The notes below the pieces were generated by a model. The model was not told where the DNA came from. It ran no database searches and worked only from the letters and a program-made list of their open reading frames with translations. DNA of 64,000 bases from Candidatus Poribacteria bacterium (GTDB taxonomy: Bacteria > Poribacteria > WGA-4E > WGA-3G): NCBI GenBank assembly GCA_965214095.1, contig OZ243938.1:4992001-5056000 (forward strand). Direction: 5' to 3'. This document shows positions 28,901-40,299 of this stretch, piece after piece. Both the position numbers and the translations under genes were made by a program. Position 1 is the stretch's first letter, and every line of letters begins with the position of its first letter.

Positions 28901-31900
28901 CTTTCAATGCCACCATTCCCATCAGAAACATTAACGACAACTGAATATTCTGATTGTATCTCAAAATCAAGATCAGAACTCGTTTGCAATTGTGCCGTAC
29001 CAGTATCGATACTAAATAAAGATGCATCGGGACCCGAAAGACTATAAATCAAATTGTCACCATCTGCATCCGTTGCGGAGACAGGATCACCGATGTTCAC
29101 ACCAGAACTAGTATTTTCTTCTACTGAACGGGTTGCCTCGTTGCCATCTGTGAAAACTGGATCATTGTTTGCAGGTAATTCCTCAACATCTGTAACATTG
29201 ATTGTGACGGTGATACTGTCGCTGCCACCCTCTCCATCAGATACGGAAATGACAACAGAATAAGAAGTTTTTCTTTCGAAGTCTAAAGGTTCGTTCGTTT
29301 TTAATTGACCTGTCGTACTGTCAATACTGAACGACGCTGCATCAGTACCACTCAGACTATATGTTAGAGTGTCTTCATCTTCATCAGTAGCAGAAAATGG
29401 ATCGCCGAGGTTTTCTCCGAGTGCCGTATTTTCTGCTACAGTACGAGTTGCTTCATCACCATCAGTAAATTCAGGTGCGTTGTTTGCAGATCGCTCGTCA
29501 ACGTCAGTGACATTGATAGTCACAGTGATACTATCACTACCATCTTCATCGTCAGACACTGAAACAGTAACAGAATATGAAGATTTGGTTTCGTAATCAA
29601 GTAACGTATTAGTTTTTAACTGACCAGTACTACTATCAATACTAAACGAAGACGCATCTGTACCACTAAGACTATAGGTTAACTCATCATCATCACTATC
29701 TGTAGCAGATACAGGTGTGCCTATATTTGATCCTATAGTAGCATTTTCAGCGATGGCGCGTGTGGTGCTCTCACCATCAGTGAAAACTGGGTCTGTGTTT
29801 GGTGTTATTACTACTTCCTCAAGATCAGTGACATTGATTGTAACCTCGATACTGTCTGTCAACTCACCATCAGAGACAGTTATTGTTACAGCATAAGTTG
29901 ACTTCGTTTCGAAATCAAGTGCTGCTTTCGTCTTTAATTGTCCAGTGATAGAATCAATATCAAAAACTGCTGCATCAGTCCCACCCAAACTATACATCAA
30001 TGTGTCGTTGTTAGCATCAGTTGCGGACACAACATCACCGATGTTAACACCTGCTGCGGTATTCTCTGCGATGGAACGCGAGGTGCTATCTCCTTCAGAA
30101 AAAACAGGGGCAACTTTGATGCTGTCATAGATTCCTAACGGAGACTCGTTCGTTTTTGCTAGTGCATATCCAACGTGTCCCATCGGAAGATCTGGTAGAC
30201 TCCCAATATCTACAGTTACAGCTCCTATAGTCTCAGGTGTACGAGTTACTGTAAAGTTATTACTCTCAGTTTTCGTTTTGGGTATAGTGATGGTAGTTGA
30301 GCCATCCTCTATATTACCATTTTCTATCATCAGAGGTAGTACTATGTCAAATGGTGCCCCCGTTGGTATCACTACTTTAATACCATTTTCTCCGATCTTC
30401 AAAAGTGAGATGTTTACTGGTAATGGATCTACACTGTTTTCACTTAAGTCAATGGAGTTCAACGAACCTAAACCGGAAAATATACCATTAGGCAGCTCCG
30501 TGAGATTATTTTTGCTTAGGTTAAGTATTGCAAGTGAATATAGTCCTGCAAAGTCATCTGAATGTAGCGACATGATTGACTTATCACTTAGATTCAGAGA
30601 TGTAATTAATGCTATATCCACTTCTGTAACATTGTTACAGTCCTCAACGTTCGGAACAGCAGCAGCGATACCTTCCGCAACCTGAGATGTACGATTACAT
30701 ACAACGGATTTCGTAAGAATATACCCATAGTGGTTTACAGGTATTGATGGCAATGTGCCAATATCAACAAGTGGTAAAGACATTGTGGATGTGGGAATAA
30801 CTGTAAACGTGTCGCTGTAGATATTCCCCTTTTCTATGACGACATTTGCCGTATTACCGCTTATGCTACCATTGGTTACATTAATTGGTAGTTCAATTTT
30901 GAATGGCGATGCGGTTGAGATAACTGCTTGGTACTGATTGACAGCAACCTGCTGAAGCGAAATAATCAATGGAAGGGGATCTATCAGATTCCCGCCTAAA
31001 CGAAGTGTCGTAAGTGAAGTCAATCCACTGAAAGTACCAACTGGTAGACGGGTCAGCATATTGTTAAAGAGATTGAGATTCGTCAGTCCTGATAGACCAA
31101 AGAAATCACCAGATTTCAGCTCAGTAATGCCTTTATTCCGTAAATCAAGAGCGGTTATAGCAGCAAGATGCTCAGTTGTCACATCCTCTGCATTGCTGAT
31201 GTTCGGGACTGCATTAACGATTGCATCACGGACTTGTGCTGTCCTTTCACTAACAGGGACTGACATAGAGACAATTGCAGTTTCCAGTTCATCAATTATA
31301 CTAATTACAACTGTAATTGTATCAGTTAGCATGCCATCTGAAACAGTTACAGTTAGCGGATACACACTCATCACTTCATAGTCCAATGCAGCTTTAGTCA
31401 ACAATTGGCCGGTCGCAGAGACAATATCAAAGGATGCAGCAAGAGTTCCACTCAAACTGTATGTTAAAGTATCCTCATCAGCATCGGTTGCAGTCACTGG
31501 TATTCCGATGTTCGTATTTGCGATAGTGTTCTCTGTTACTGTTCGGACAGTAATGGCACCATCGGAAAAGACGGGTGCGTTATTTTCAGGCACTTCGCTT
31601 TCATCTGGAGATTCTGGTACTGTGTTGTCTGGTGTTTCGGGAATGAGTGGTTCATCAGGTGTCTCTGGTTCAATACTAACAGCACTGATGACTTCAATCG
31701 GTAGGTCATCTGATTTTGAAAGTGTATAACCGTAATGGTTTCGCGGTAGACTTGGTAAAGATTCTATATCCACTGTAACAGCATCGGTTGTTTCAGCTGT
31801 TCTGGTGACCGTGAGTGTATTACTTTCTGTGTTTCCTTTGCTAATTGTAAGTGTTGAGGCATCTTCTGAAATACTACCGTTGGCTACCCTAATGGTTAGA

Positions 31901-32378
31901 ACATAATCAAACGTAGCACCAGTTGGTGCAACGGCTTTGACCTGATTGTCTCCAACCTTTTCAAGTGTAACTGAAATTGGAAATGGGTAATTGAGTTGCT
32001 TCCTAACCGAAGTGTTGTCAATGCAGTCAGACCTTTAAAGATGCCATCTGGTAAACTGCTGAGTTCGTTGTTGTATAAATTAAGATTCGTTAGTCCGGTC
32101 ATCCCAGAAAAATCTCCGGATTTCAAGCTTGTTATACCTTTAGCTCGAAGATTTAGACTGGTTATCGCAGCCAACCGAGTATCTGTAACATCCGCAGCAG
32201 AATTCACATCCGCTGCAGCGATTATCGCACTTTGTATCTGTGTAGTCCGTTCACTAACTGGTGTAATATCTGCAGAACATATTACACTTATGCTAAGAAT
32301 AGTGATAGACAAAAATATGGATAGGACATATCTGCATACTCCAAGTTTCATGTTCATAAACTCCCCTTTCATAAACAT
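25987..32378 (-). CDS. Giant secreted LRR + cadherin-repeat protein with C-terminal T9SS-A/FlgD-Ig-like sorting domain; split by a 1-nt frameshift at ~31989
   Basis: Signal peptide; three ERT.Q...AI + LRR + Ig modules; about 13 cadherin repeats (NxAPxF...ATDxD...LTY.L.G.DA..F.I...GQ...LD.E); tail TALLSNYPNPFNPETWIPYQL...ATRKMLIRK; frame of ORF 25987 is open and homologous up to 31988. Confidence 0.85.
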
Positions 32379-32517
32379 GTATATGATTTAATTATGTTAA
32401 GACTATTTGAGAAAGATTATACTATATTCATTGTTATATCGTAAGATGCCGTTATCCAACTATTGACAATAACTGCATCTAGATTTTCATTTTAAATACT
32501 CCTTTATCTGTTATCTG

Positions 32518-32613
32518 TATATTATGACAAAGAGTTAACTCTTTACCATTTCAATCTTCTATATTATGACAAAATACATCTTAAATTCTATATTATGACT
32601 AAAAACATCTTAA
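32518..32613. promoter_or_regulatory. Three TATATTATGAC direct repeats (two within a 29-bp tandem) upstream of the adhesin gene
   Basis: tatattatgacaaa at 32518; ttctatattatgacaaaatacatcttaa at 32557; ttctatattatgactaaaaacatcttaa at 32586. Confidence 0.4.
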
Positions 32614-32932
32614 TTGGTAACGCAACTATGAAGAAACGGTTACCTTTTTGCTGATTAATTCAGGGTCTCTTAGTTTTAAGGTTTCGTAATTATTGAGGTT
32701 AACGGACTGTTAAAACCCCGCATCGGTTCCATCACTGAATTTATTGAATATATTGATTCTTGTCTGAACCAGGATTTTCAGGATAAGAGACAGAAATATC
32801 AAAATGGCATTCAAAAAATAAACGTCCCTTTGAATAGGAGCGTTGTAGGCTCAAACTCCCAATCCTGCAAATCTACTAATCCTGCAAATCCTGGTTCAGA
32901 CAAATAGAAATACAAACCCATAATGAATCTAA

Positions 32933-33364
32933 CTATAGTTTGGACAATTTCTCTCGGTTGCATACTGATATTTCTAACATTTTCAATATTTTGTGAGTTT
33001 TCAATAGGATAAAACTTGACGAAAAAGTGTTAGAATAACCCAAGTTGCCACCTATGTAGCATAATCTGCTAGATTGTGCCTGTGAATACGCAAACTAGCA
33101 GTGGACGCTACAAAATTTCGAGAATAATGCCTTATTATTGAATAATACGGTATCCACATGTCTAAAATCTTGTAGGTAGCAACTTAGGTTAGAATATCAA
33201 AATGAGCAGCCCCAGCGGGGCGAAATGTGTATAGCACATCGTCAACAAACGATTTATAGCCCCAGCGGGGCGACAGGTGTATCATTGAAGAAATAGGTAT
33301 GATGACTGTGATTCTCCTTGTCCAGACTATTATTCAAGTCTATAAAAAACTGTCCAAACTATAA
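32933..33364. mobile_element. MITE with TIR CTATAGTTTGGACA, copy 2 (interrupted by an IS982-like MITE)
   Basis: Collinear with 14856-15153 apart from a 159-bp insertion. Confidence 0.85.
33038..33189. mobile_element. 152-bp MITE with ACCC-type (IS982-like) ends
   Basis: TIRs acccaagttgccaccta / taggtagcaacttaggt; 7-bp TSD TAGAATA; empty site visible in copy 1 (gttagaatatct, ~14953); solo end at ~25577. Confidence 0.85.
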
Positions 33365-33679
33365 TTATTGAGGGTAACTTACTGTTAAGACCCTGCATCG
33401 GTCCCATCACTGAATTTATTGAATATATTGATTCTTGTCTGAACCAGGATTTTCAGGATAAGAGACAGAAATATCAAAGTGGCATTCAAAAAATAAACGT
33501 CCCTTTGAATAGGAGCGTTGTAGGCTCAAACTCCCAATCCTGCAAATCTACTAATCCTGCAAATCCTGGTTCAGACAAATAGAAATACAAACCCATAATG
33601 AATCTAACGTTTGTGAATATTACTGATCGAAAGTCCTAAAACTAAATAACCCTGTGATTAATTGAATTAGGTAGACAAG

Positions 33680-33708
33680 AAAAAAGGCGGATGTGCAGTC
33701 CGCCTTTT
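33680..33708 (-). terminator. Intrinsic terminator (possibly bidirectional)
   Basis: AAAAAAGGCGGA-tgtgcag-TCCGCCTTTT, 28 nt after the stop of the 33736 gene. Confidence 0.8.
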
Positions 33709-33735
33709 GAGGTGAAATATAGGTGAAATATAATT

Positions 33736-34866
33736 TTATTTCGGGTAGGCTGTATCAAGAGAGAGAATTGCGTAACTGGTTGCGAGAACAGGAAGTGCTT
33801 CCATCCAACGGCTATTTTCATTCATCCAAGAACCGTTAGGTTTCTGCACCGATATTAGTTTCGCAGCAAGTTCTTTATACCAGTCGTGTGAGACACCTTT
33901 GGCATCAACTAAGGTAACTTTTCCGTATAGTCGCAAAGCTTTTGCCATCGTATGATAGTTGTAGTATAGACCTTGTGCACCCATACCGTAGTTCTCTTCT
34001 ACGGTAAAGTGCTTTTCAATCCATTGGACAGCAGCTTTGACGCGATCATCATTTTTATCAACCTTTGCGTAGATGAAACTCAACAATCCGGCATAAGTCA
34101 TGCTGGCGTATGACCTCGGACTTCCTGCTTCATCCGTTCCTGCCTTGCTTTCTCCATCTGGCGTATAGATAAACCCGCCATCGTTGCCCGACCACGGTTG
34201 ATCGTTGCTTTCACTGCGGTTTTGCGTGCGTTCAAGGAATTTTATCGCCTTATTCCAGACTTCATCATCATCGGAACCGCTCTCTTTTAGTGCTTGGATA
34301 GCAAGATTGAGGTTTGAAAGGTCATGCACTGACTCGCGACTACCGTAACCGATTCCACCGTAATAGACACTCTCTTCATCTTGGATTTGGAGGCTTTTTA
34401 AGAAACCTTGTGCTTTATTGATGACTTTCTCATATTTCTTTGGGTTTGCAGTTGATGAAAGTGCCATCACGGATATTGCGGTGTTGTAGTTCGGTAAAGC
34501 AGGTTGTTTTGCAGCATCGTATATGGCCCCGTTTGCCTGCTGCATCGCGATTAGGCGATCAATTGCTTTTTGAATAAACGGATGTTTTTCCTCTGAGTAT
34601 TTTTTCTGTGGGTGACGTAAAAAGGCAGTGATAGCGAGCGCAGTGATACCGGGGTGTCCTTCACCTGGTGCCATTTCAAACAAGCCATCTTTTCCTTGCT
34701 GCGTTTTCAACCATTCTAATCCTTTGTCAATGCTTGCGATGACGCGTTCGTTTAATGCCTCGTATTTGTTCGATTTTGCCTCGTCGTGCGAGTCCGCACT
34801 CACATGTAGGTTGATACAGACCATTGCCAATATCAACATTATTCCGAGTATGTTTTTCAGTTTCAT
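33736..34866 (-). CDS. Secreted prenyltransferase/squalene-cyclase-repeat (alpha/alpha barrel) protein
   Basis: Signal peptide MKLKNILGIMLILAMVC; QW-like repeats GLEWLKTQQGKDG, LIAMQQANG, LISVQKPNGSW; RBS GAGGAG before ATG 34866; no DxDD. Confidence 0.75.
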   Translation of the reverse strand: MKLKNILGIMLILAMVCINLHVSADSHDEAKSNKYEALNERVIASIDKGLEWLKTQQGKDGLFEMAPGEGHPGITALAITAFLRHPQKKYSEEKHPFIQKAIDRLIAMQQANGAIYDAAKQPALPNYNTAISVMALSSTANPKKYEKVINKAQGFLKSLQIQDEESVYYGGIGYGSRESVHDLSNLNLAIQALKESGSDDDEVWNKAIKFLERTQNRSESNDQPWSGNDGGFIYTPDGESKAGTDEAGSPRSYASMTYAGLLSFIYAKVDKNDDRVKAAVQWIEKHFTVEENYGMGAQGLYYNYHTMAKALRLYGKVTLVDAKGVSHDWYKELAAKLISVQKPNGSWMNENSRWMEALPVLATSYAILSLDTAYPK

Positions 34867-35112
34867 GTGTTTCTCCTCTTGATATAGTGAATATAGATGT
34901 GCAAATTGTATGCCAATTACTGATAATTGTGTAAGTGTGGTGTTACTGAGTTCTATACATCTGATGCTTGGATTATCTGTCACAATTTGGACAGTGATGT
35001 TCATAATTTGGACAATTTTCCTATAGGATGAATATCCGAGGCGCAATGAATTGCGCGACTACGAACGGTTTTCTTGCACAGTCGGGGTTGGAAACCCTTC
35101 AACAAAGGTTTA

Positions 35113-37908
35113 TCAGTATGATGAGATATCCCACAGCAGCACAGTGCCATCCAAACTTCCGCTTGCCAATGTTTTGCCATCATAACTGAACGTAACAGAG
35201 TTAATTTGAGATGCATGTCCTTTGAATTTTGCTTTTTGCGTTCCAGTTGCGATGTCCCAAAGATATACACTAAGGTCTGTAACACCTGTGACTGCGGCAA
35301 TTTTGCTACCATCCGGACTAAAGGCAACGTCCAAAATCGTTCCCCTCTCAACAGGTTTTGATCTAGTTAATGTTCCTTTTTGCTTTCTTGTGGCAACATC
35401 CCATAGATGTACTTCTTTATCAATGCCAATAGCAAGTGTGCCTTCATCTGGACTAAATGCAACACCATGTATCCATTCTTTCTTATCAGGGAATTTTGTT
35501 ATTTGAGCTGCAGTGGCAACATCCCAAAGATACATACCGTCATATCCGACACTGACAAGCATTTTTCCATCAGGACTGAAGTCTACACGTTTCACACTGT
35601 CTTGATGTCCTATGAGTGTTGCTTTTTTCTCTCCTGTTGCAACATCCCACAGAATCACTGTACCGTTTCTACAACCGCTTGCGATCATTTTTCCATCAGT
35701 ACTGAATGTTGCACTTTCTACACAATTTGAACCTTTACCTTCTGTCCTTGAATCGTGTCCCTTATATCGTGCCTTTTCCTCCCCAGTCATTGCATCAAAC
35801 AGAAATACATTTGGATGAAAACCTCCGATAACAAATGTACTTCCATCCGGGCTGAATTCAATACTTAAGGGTCTGGGAAGAGTCTTCCTGTAGACAGTCT
35901 TGTAATTATTATTCGTTTCATCCCAAGTATATAACGACCAATTATCACCACCGTGGGCAAAAGACTTTCCATCTGAACTGAACGCAACACTCCAAACTAC
36001 TCCTATATATCCAGAAATTTGTGCAGAATGTTTTCCACCGCTACTATCCCAAAGTCGAACTGTGGAATCAATGCTTCCCGATGCTATTGTATTACCATCT
36101 GGACTAAATGCAACACTTAGGACCTGTGATGTATGTCCTATAAAGGTTGCAGTGTTTTTTCCAGTTGCAATATCGTACAGAAGCAATCCTTTCCAATATC
36201 CCACTGCTATTTTTTTAGCATCTGGACTGAAAGCGAGACTGCTGAGAAATAGTGCTTCCTGGCTCCCGGCAAAGGTCAACTTTTCTTCACTTGTGCTAAC
36301 ATCCCATAGTATCACTTTACCTTTAGCATCACCACTTGCGAGGTTTTTACCATCTGGACTGAAAGTTACACTTGTAACATTACGGGCATGCCCTTCGAGT
36401 TTAGAGAGTTGGACTCCCGTTCTCACATCACATAAACAAATTAAACCGTCCCTGCCTCCGCTTGCTAAGACTACACCGTCTGGACTGATAGCAACACTTT
36501 TGACTTGGTCTGTATGTTCTTGGAGTACAAATTTGTGTGTCCCAGTACTAAGATTCCATACAATCACTATGCCATCCTCACCACCACTTACAAGGGTTTC
36601 GCCATCAGAAGTGAACGCAAGACTAAAGATTGGTCCTGTATGTCCAGTGAGGGTTGCTTCTAATGCAGTGCTGTCAACATTCCAGATATAAATGAAACCC
36701 TCCGCACCACATGCAAGGGTTTTACCGTCCGGGGTAAATGCAACAGTGTACACTGTACTTGGCTGCATAGGAAATGTTTTAATAGGGAGACCTGTTGCAA
36801 TGTCCCATAGAATTGCAGTGCCATCATTACCCCCACTTGCAAGTGTGCGTCCATCCGGACTAAATGTAACACCATTAACTGGAATCTTATGTCCCTTGAG
36901 TGCTGCCTTTGATTTTGCACCAGCAATATCCCAGAAATCGATCTTATCCTCTGTGACACTGACCAAAATGCTTCCATTTGGATTGAAAGCAATGCATTTA
37001 ACATAGTTGGGAAACCCGAATTGTCGTTCTGCTATTCTCTTGCGTGTGTTTACATCCCACAACTGCATCTCCTCATTACTCGCAAATGCAAGTGTTTCAC
37101 CATCTGGACTGAAGACTACACTGGAAACGCTCCGTGTTTTGACCTCAAGTGAGTCAATGAATGTTGTATCAAGATCGAATAACCATAATATACCACGACC
37201 TTCTTCGTTCCATCCAGCAATTGCAAGTAATTTCTTATTCGTAGGATGAAACGCAAGATCTCCTATTTTTCCTGTATATTGGGTGAGAACTTTTTTCTGT
37301 TTACCAGTATCAACATCCCAGAGATGGATGGGTCCGTTGTAATTACAACTGGCAAGTGTCTTACCATCTGAACTGAAAACGACATAATTGATTCCTTGTG
37401 TATGTCCGGTGAGAACATCCTTTTGCTTGGATTTATCAGTGTCCCATAGGATAATGTTTCCTCCCCGTGTGCTACCTGCTAATGTAGTACCATCAGGACT
37501 ATACGCAATACTCACAATATAATCCTTTTTGGTGGGGAATGTTGCTTTTTGTGTGCCATCAGCAACGTTCCATAGCACGACTTGTCCTCCGTCTGCAGAA
37601 GCAAGAGTACTACCATCCGGACTGTAAGCCATGTTTCGGATGCTTTTCTTATTTGCAGAGAGTAAAACCCGTTCTTGATGTGTATGTGCATCATATAGCC
37701 AGATGCCGATATCTGTTGCCACAGCATAAGTATTACCGTCTGGTGAATAGGCAACATTGTGGATATTACCTTTCCCGAATCGAGCTTTTGCTCCTTCGGG
37801 CAAATTCCATTGCAATGAATCTTGAGAATAAGCGTTTGGCAAACATAACGAAAAGATGAAAAGTAGTATTAGGAGATGAAAGAAATGGGGTTTCATTGGT
37901 TGCCTCAT
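35113..37908 (-). CDS. Secreted WD40-repeat protein
   Basis: Signal peptide; LPEGAKARFGKG N-cap; about 20 GH...FSPDG..LA......LWD repeats. Confidence 0.95.
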   Translation of the reverse strand: MRQPMKPHFFHLLILLFIFSLCLPNAYSQDSLQWNLPEGAKARFGKGNIHNVAYSPDGNTYAVATDIGIWLYDAHTHQERVLLSANKKSIRNMAYSPDGSTLASADGGQVVLWNVADGTQKATFPTKKDYIVSIAYSPDGTTLAGSTRGGNIILWDTDKSKQKDVLTGHTQGINYVVFSSDGKTLASCNYNGPIHLWDVDTGKQKKVLTQYTGKIGDLAFHPTNKKLLAIAGWNEEGRGILWLFDLDTTFIDSLEVKTRSVSSVVFSPDGETLAFASNEEMQLWDVNTRKRIAERQFGFPNYVKCIAFNPNGSILVSVTEDKIDFWDIAGAKSKAALKGHKIPVNGVTFSPDGRTLASGGNDGTAILWDIATGLPIKTFPMQPSTVYTVAFTPDGKTLACGAEGFIYIWNVDSTALEATLTGHTGPIFSLAFTSDGETLVSGGEDGIVIVWNLSTGTHKFVLQEHTDQVKSVAISPDGVVLASGGRDGLICLCDVRTGVQLSKLEGHARNVTSVTFSPDGKNLASGDAKGKVILWDVSTSEEKLTFAGSQEALFLSSLAFSPDAKKIAVGYWKGLLLYDIATGKNTATFIGHTSQVLSVAFSPDGNTIASGSIDSTVRLWDSSGGKHSAQISGYIGVVWSVAFSSDGKSFAHGGDNWSLYTWDETNNNYKTVYRKTLPRPLSIEFSPDGSTFVIGGFHPNVFLFDAMTGEEKARYKGHDSRTEGKGSNCVESATFSTDGKMIASGCRNGTVILWDVATGEKKATLIGHQDSVKRVDFSPDGKMLVSVGYDGMYLWDVATAAQITKFPDKKEWIHGVAFSPDEGTLAIGIDKEVHLWDVATRKQKGTLTRSKPVERGTILDVAFSPDGSKIAAVTGVTDLSVYLWDIATGTQKAKFKGHASQINSVTFSYDGKTLASGSLDGTVLLWDISSY

Positions 37909-38073
37909 TAGGTTAAAGTTGATTTGTCTAAGTTATACCATATCTATAACGTCCCATTAATTCAACAGTTTACTATAAATTCAAAATCTCATAATGAACT
38001 ATTCTCTGTTAGAAATGGTATTATCTGAGAAGTCTTATCCTGCCAATCTACTAATGTTCTGTCTACACTAATC

Positions 38074-38159
38074 TTGTAGGTCGGGTAGAGGCACGAAACC
38101 CGACATGCAGCCATTTATCATCAATAAAGTCGGGTGTCGTGCCTCTACCCGACCTACAA
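38074..38159. repeat. Inverted GTAG-REP doublet (REPIN-like hairpin)
   Basis: ttgtaggtcgggtagaggcacgaaacccgac ... gtcgggtgtcgtgcctctacccgacctacaa. Confidence 0.8.
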
Positions 38160-38242
38160 TGTCCGAATGGACACTCCACTAATCCTGCAAATCCTGGTTC
38201 AGACATTAGCGTAGCACGGAAACCTTCCAACAAGATAATTCG

Positions 38243-39325
38243 CTAAAATTGGACTGTTTGTCCAGTTTCAGCGGATTGCATTGCTGCATCATAAACCTGC
38301 ATGACTTTTCGCATCTCTTCTGGTTTAACGACTAACTCCGCGCCTTTGTTTAGCACATCGGCAATGTTTTGGTAATAGGATTTCCAAGTGCCACGCACAC
38401 TCTCAATCACAAGTTCTCGGTTTTCACCACCTACTGCTGTCCAGACTTTTGCATAGTTTGCCGGGTCTTGTTCGGCAGCATCAATATCTCCATCACGCAT
38501 AGGTCCTTCTTGTGGATCCAAGCCGTATTTGATTAACCCACCTTCGTCTCCGACGACATACCAACGCGGTTTTTCCGCTTTAGATAGATTGCCAATCTCA
38601 ATTTGATAGCGGACATCGTCTTCAAACTTTATGATGAGGTTTGCATAGTTGCCTATGTCTGTGTCCCATTTCGTGTTGTAGTGGATGTCGCAGAAGACAG
38701 ATTCCACAGGTGCTTGTCCAAACTGCAGTGCCTGATCTACGAAATGTGCGGGCCAATCGTATAGGATACCACCACTTTGACTTTTTACACCTCGCCAACC
38801 ACCGGGTGCACCGTAACGCATTATTGCAACTTGAAAGAGATAAGGTGTTCCTAACAGACCATCGGCGATAACCTTTTTGACGGTGAGGTAATCCCAATCC
38901 CATCGGCGGTTATGGAATACACTGAGCATCACGTCATTACGTTCACTTGCTTCAATCATGGCATCGGCTTCAGCGGTGTTCATCGCCATAATTTTGTCTG
39001 TGACGAGGTTTTTGCCTGCAGAAATTGCTTTGATAGCGAGTTCTTTGTGCGTATCGTGTGGAGTTGCTAAGACAACGAGATCCACATTGTCATCAGCGAT
39101 AACTTCATCAATCGTTTGATATATCTGTGCATCTGGGTATGTCTCGCGTGCTGCCTCGCGACGTTCATCATTCCGGGTTGCAATGGCATATAGGTTTAAC
39201 CCATCTGCTAAACCGACGAGATAGGTGTGAAATGCCCGTCCTGCATATCCGTAACCAACAACTGCGGTATTTATCATAAGTTCTTTTCCTGTTGGTAATA
39301 GATTATCACCAACAAATCCTTTCAT
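38243..39325 (-). CDS. Gfo/Idh/MocA family oxidoreductase (start may be ATG 39277)
   Basis: VVGYGYAG..FH; LATPHDTH; FHNRRWD.D; GGILYDW..H..DQA. Confidence 0.9.
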   Translation of the reverse strand: MKGFVGDNLLPTGKELMINTAVVGYGYAGRAFHTYLVGLADGLNLYAIATRNDERREAARETYPDAQIYQTIDEVIADDNVDLVVLATPHDTHKELAIKAISAGKNLVTDKIMAMNTAEADAMIEASERNDVMLSVFHNRRWDWDYLTVKKVIADGLLGTPYLFQVAIMRYGAPGGWRGVKSQSGGILYDWPAHFVDQALQFGQAPVESVFCDIHYNTKWDTDIGNYANLIIKFEDDVRYQIEIGNLSKAEKPRWYVVGDEGGLIKYGLDPQEGPMRDGDIDAAEQDPANYAKVWTAVGGENRELVIESVRGTWKSYYQNIADVLNKGAELVVKPEEMRKVMQVYDAAMQSAETGQTVQF

Positions 39326-40116
39326 TTTATATCGTTCAAATTCCAGTCATAATCTAAATAATGAAACTCAACATTTTCTGTTAACACAAACTCTGCATCA
39401 TCTGGTGATAGATAATCTGAGAGAAAGTCTGCAACTCCCTCATAGCCTTCTGTAAAGTCTTTTTTATACCACTTGAAGATTTTTGAAAGATAGACTCTGC
39501 GTTTATCTCGGTCTAACCTTACCTTCTCAGGGTCGGTGACAAATTTGAGTGTGACTGCATCTAATCGTTCTTCAACTGTTTCAGGTAGATAAACCGTGCT
39601 TTCAATAGGAGGACAACTAATTGATGCACACACAAGTGCGAAATGAATTCTCGGGTCAACAAATTCTTTGCGGATGATGTCGTGTTCTATATGATCAAGC
39701 GAGTATGTTTCCCCTGCTACATGAAACTTTAGACGTGAGAAAAAGCCGTTAAACAACTTCACCTTTTTCACACTCTTTATTGGATACCGGTCTATTACGC
39801 CTTTGATGATAAGGGCATTATATGCATTTATCCAAAAAGCCATTTGTGTGTTGTAGGACATTTTATCTGGTTTTGCTGTTGCTAATTGGTCTAAATACTT
39901 CTCAAATTGTTCTGGGTTTGCTTTGAGTTTTGCGTAGTCTACCCGTCCATCTTCAACGTGTTCTTGTAGAACTTGATTACATAGGTCATGAGAAAAAGGG
40001 GAGTTGGGTAGATCGGTGTTCTCACGAGAATCTACTTCAACGCGGTAGTGGTATTGAAAGATTACACTAAGTATGGATAGAAGTATTAGACTGATGATTA
40101 GAATTCGGTATTTCAT
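39322..40116 (-). CDS. DUF547 domain protein
   Basis: VDY..LK; AFWINAYNA; SLD.IEH.IIR; DPRIHFALVCASISCP; LSKIFKWY; YDWNLN. Confidence 0.85.
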   Translation of the reverse strand: MKYRILIISLILLSILSVIFQYHYRVEVDSRENTDLPNSPFSHDLCNQVLQEHVEDGRVDYAKLKANPEQFEKYLDQLATAKPDKMSYNTQMAFWINAYNALIIKGVIDRYPIKSVKKVKLFNGFFSRLKFHVAGETYSLDHIEHDIIRKEFVDPRIHFALVCASISCPPIESTVYLPETVEERLDAVTLKFVTDPEKVRLDRDKRRVYLSKIFKWYKKDFTEGYEGVADFLSDYLSPDDAEFVLTENVEFHYLDYDWNLNDIK

Positions 40117-40299
40117 TGTAGTTTGTCCTCGTTTTCATTTTAGCATATCTTTGCATTTATTGCAGGGAAAATCCATCTGATACCACTTCTAAATAAAAAC
40201 TACTCATTATCAAAACAGACGCTCGTAGTCGCGCAATTCATTGCGCCTCTTACATTCAGCAAATTGAGGATAAATCTACAAATTCCCAATGATACCTTA

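Larger units (their letters stand above)
32661..33654. mobile_element. Composite MITE with CAGGG...CCCTG ends (IS4-like by inference) and 9-bp TSD
   Basis: cagggtctcttagttttaag / aaaactaaataaccctg; TSD TGATTAATT at 32652-32660 and 33655-33663; contains two ~245-bp direct repeats (32687-32933, 33362-33608). Confidence 0.85.

Noticed and set aside
26258-31729. Many plus-strand Ser/Val/Thr-rich ORFs (also opposite the WD40, MacB and mfd genes)
   Set aside because: Antisense shadows of real repetitive genes
34867-35046. 60-aa N-terminal extension of ORF 33736..35046
   Set aside because: Runs through MITE/REP remnants; RBS and signal peptide indicate a start at 34866
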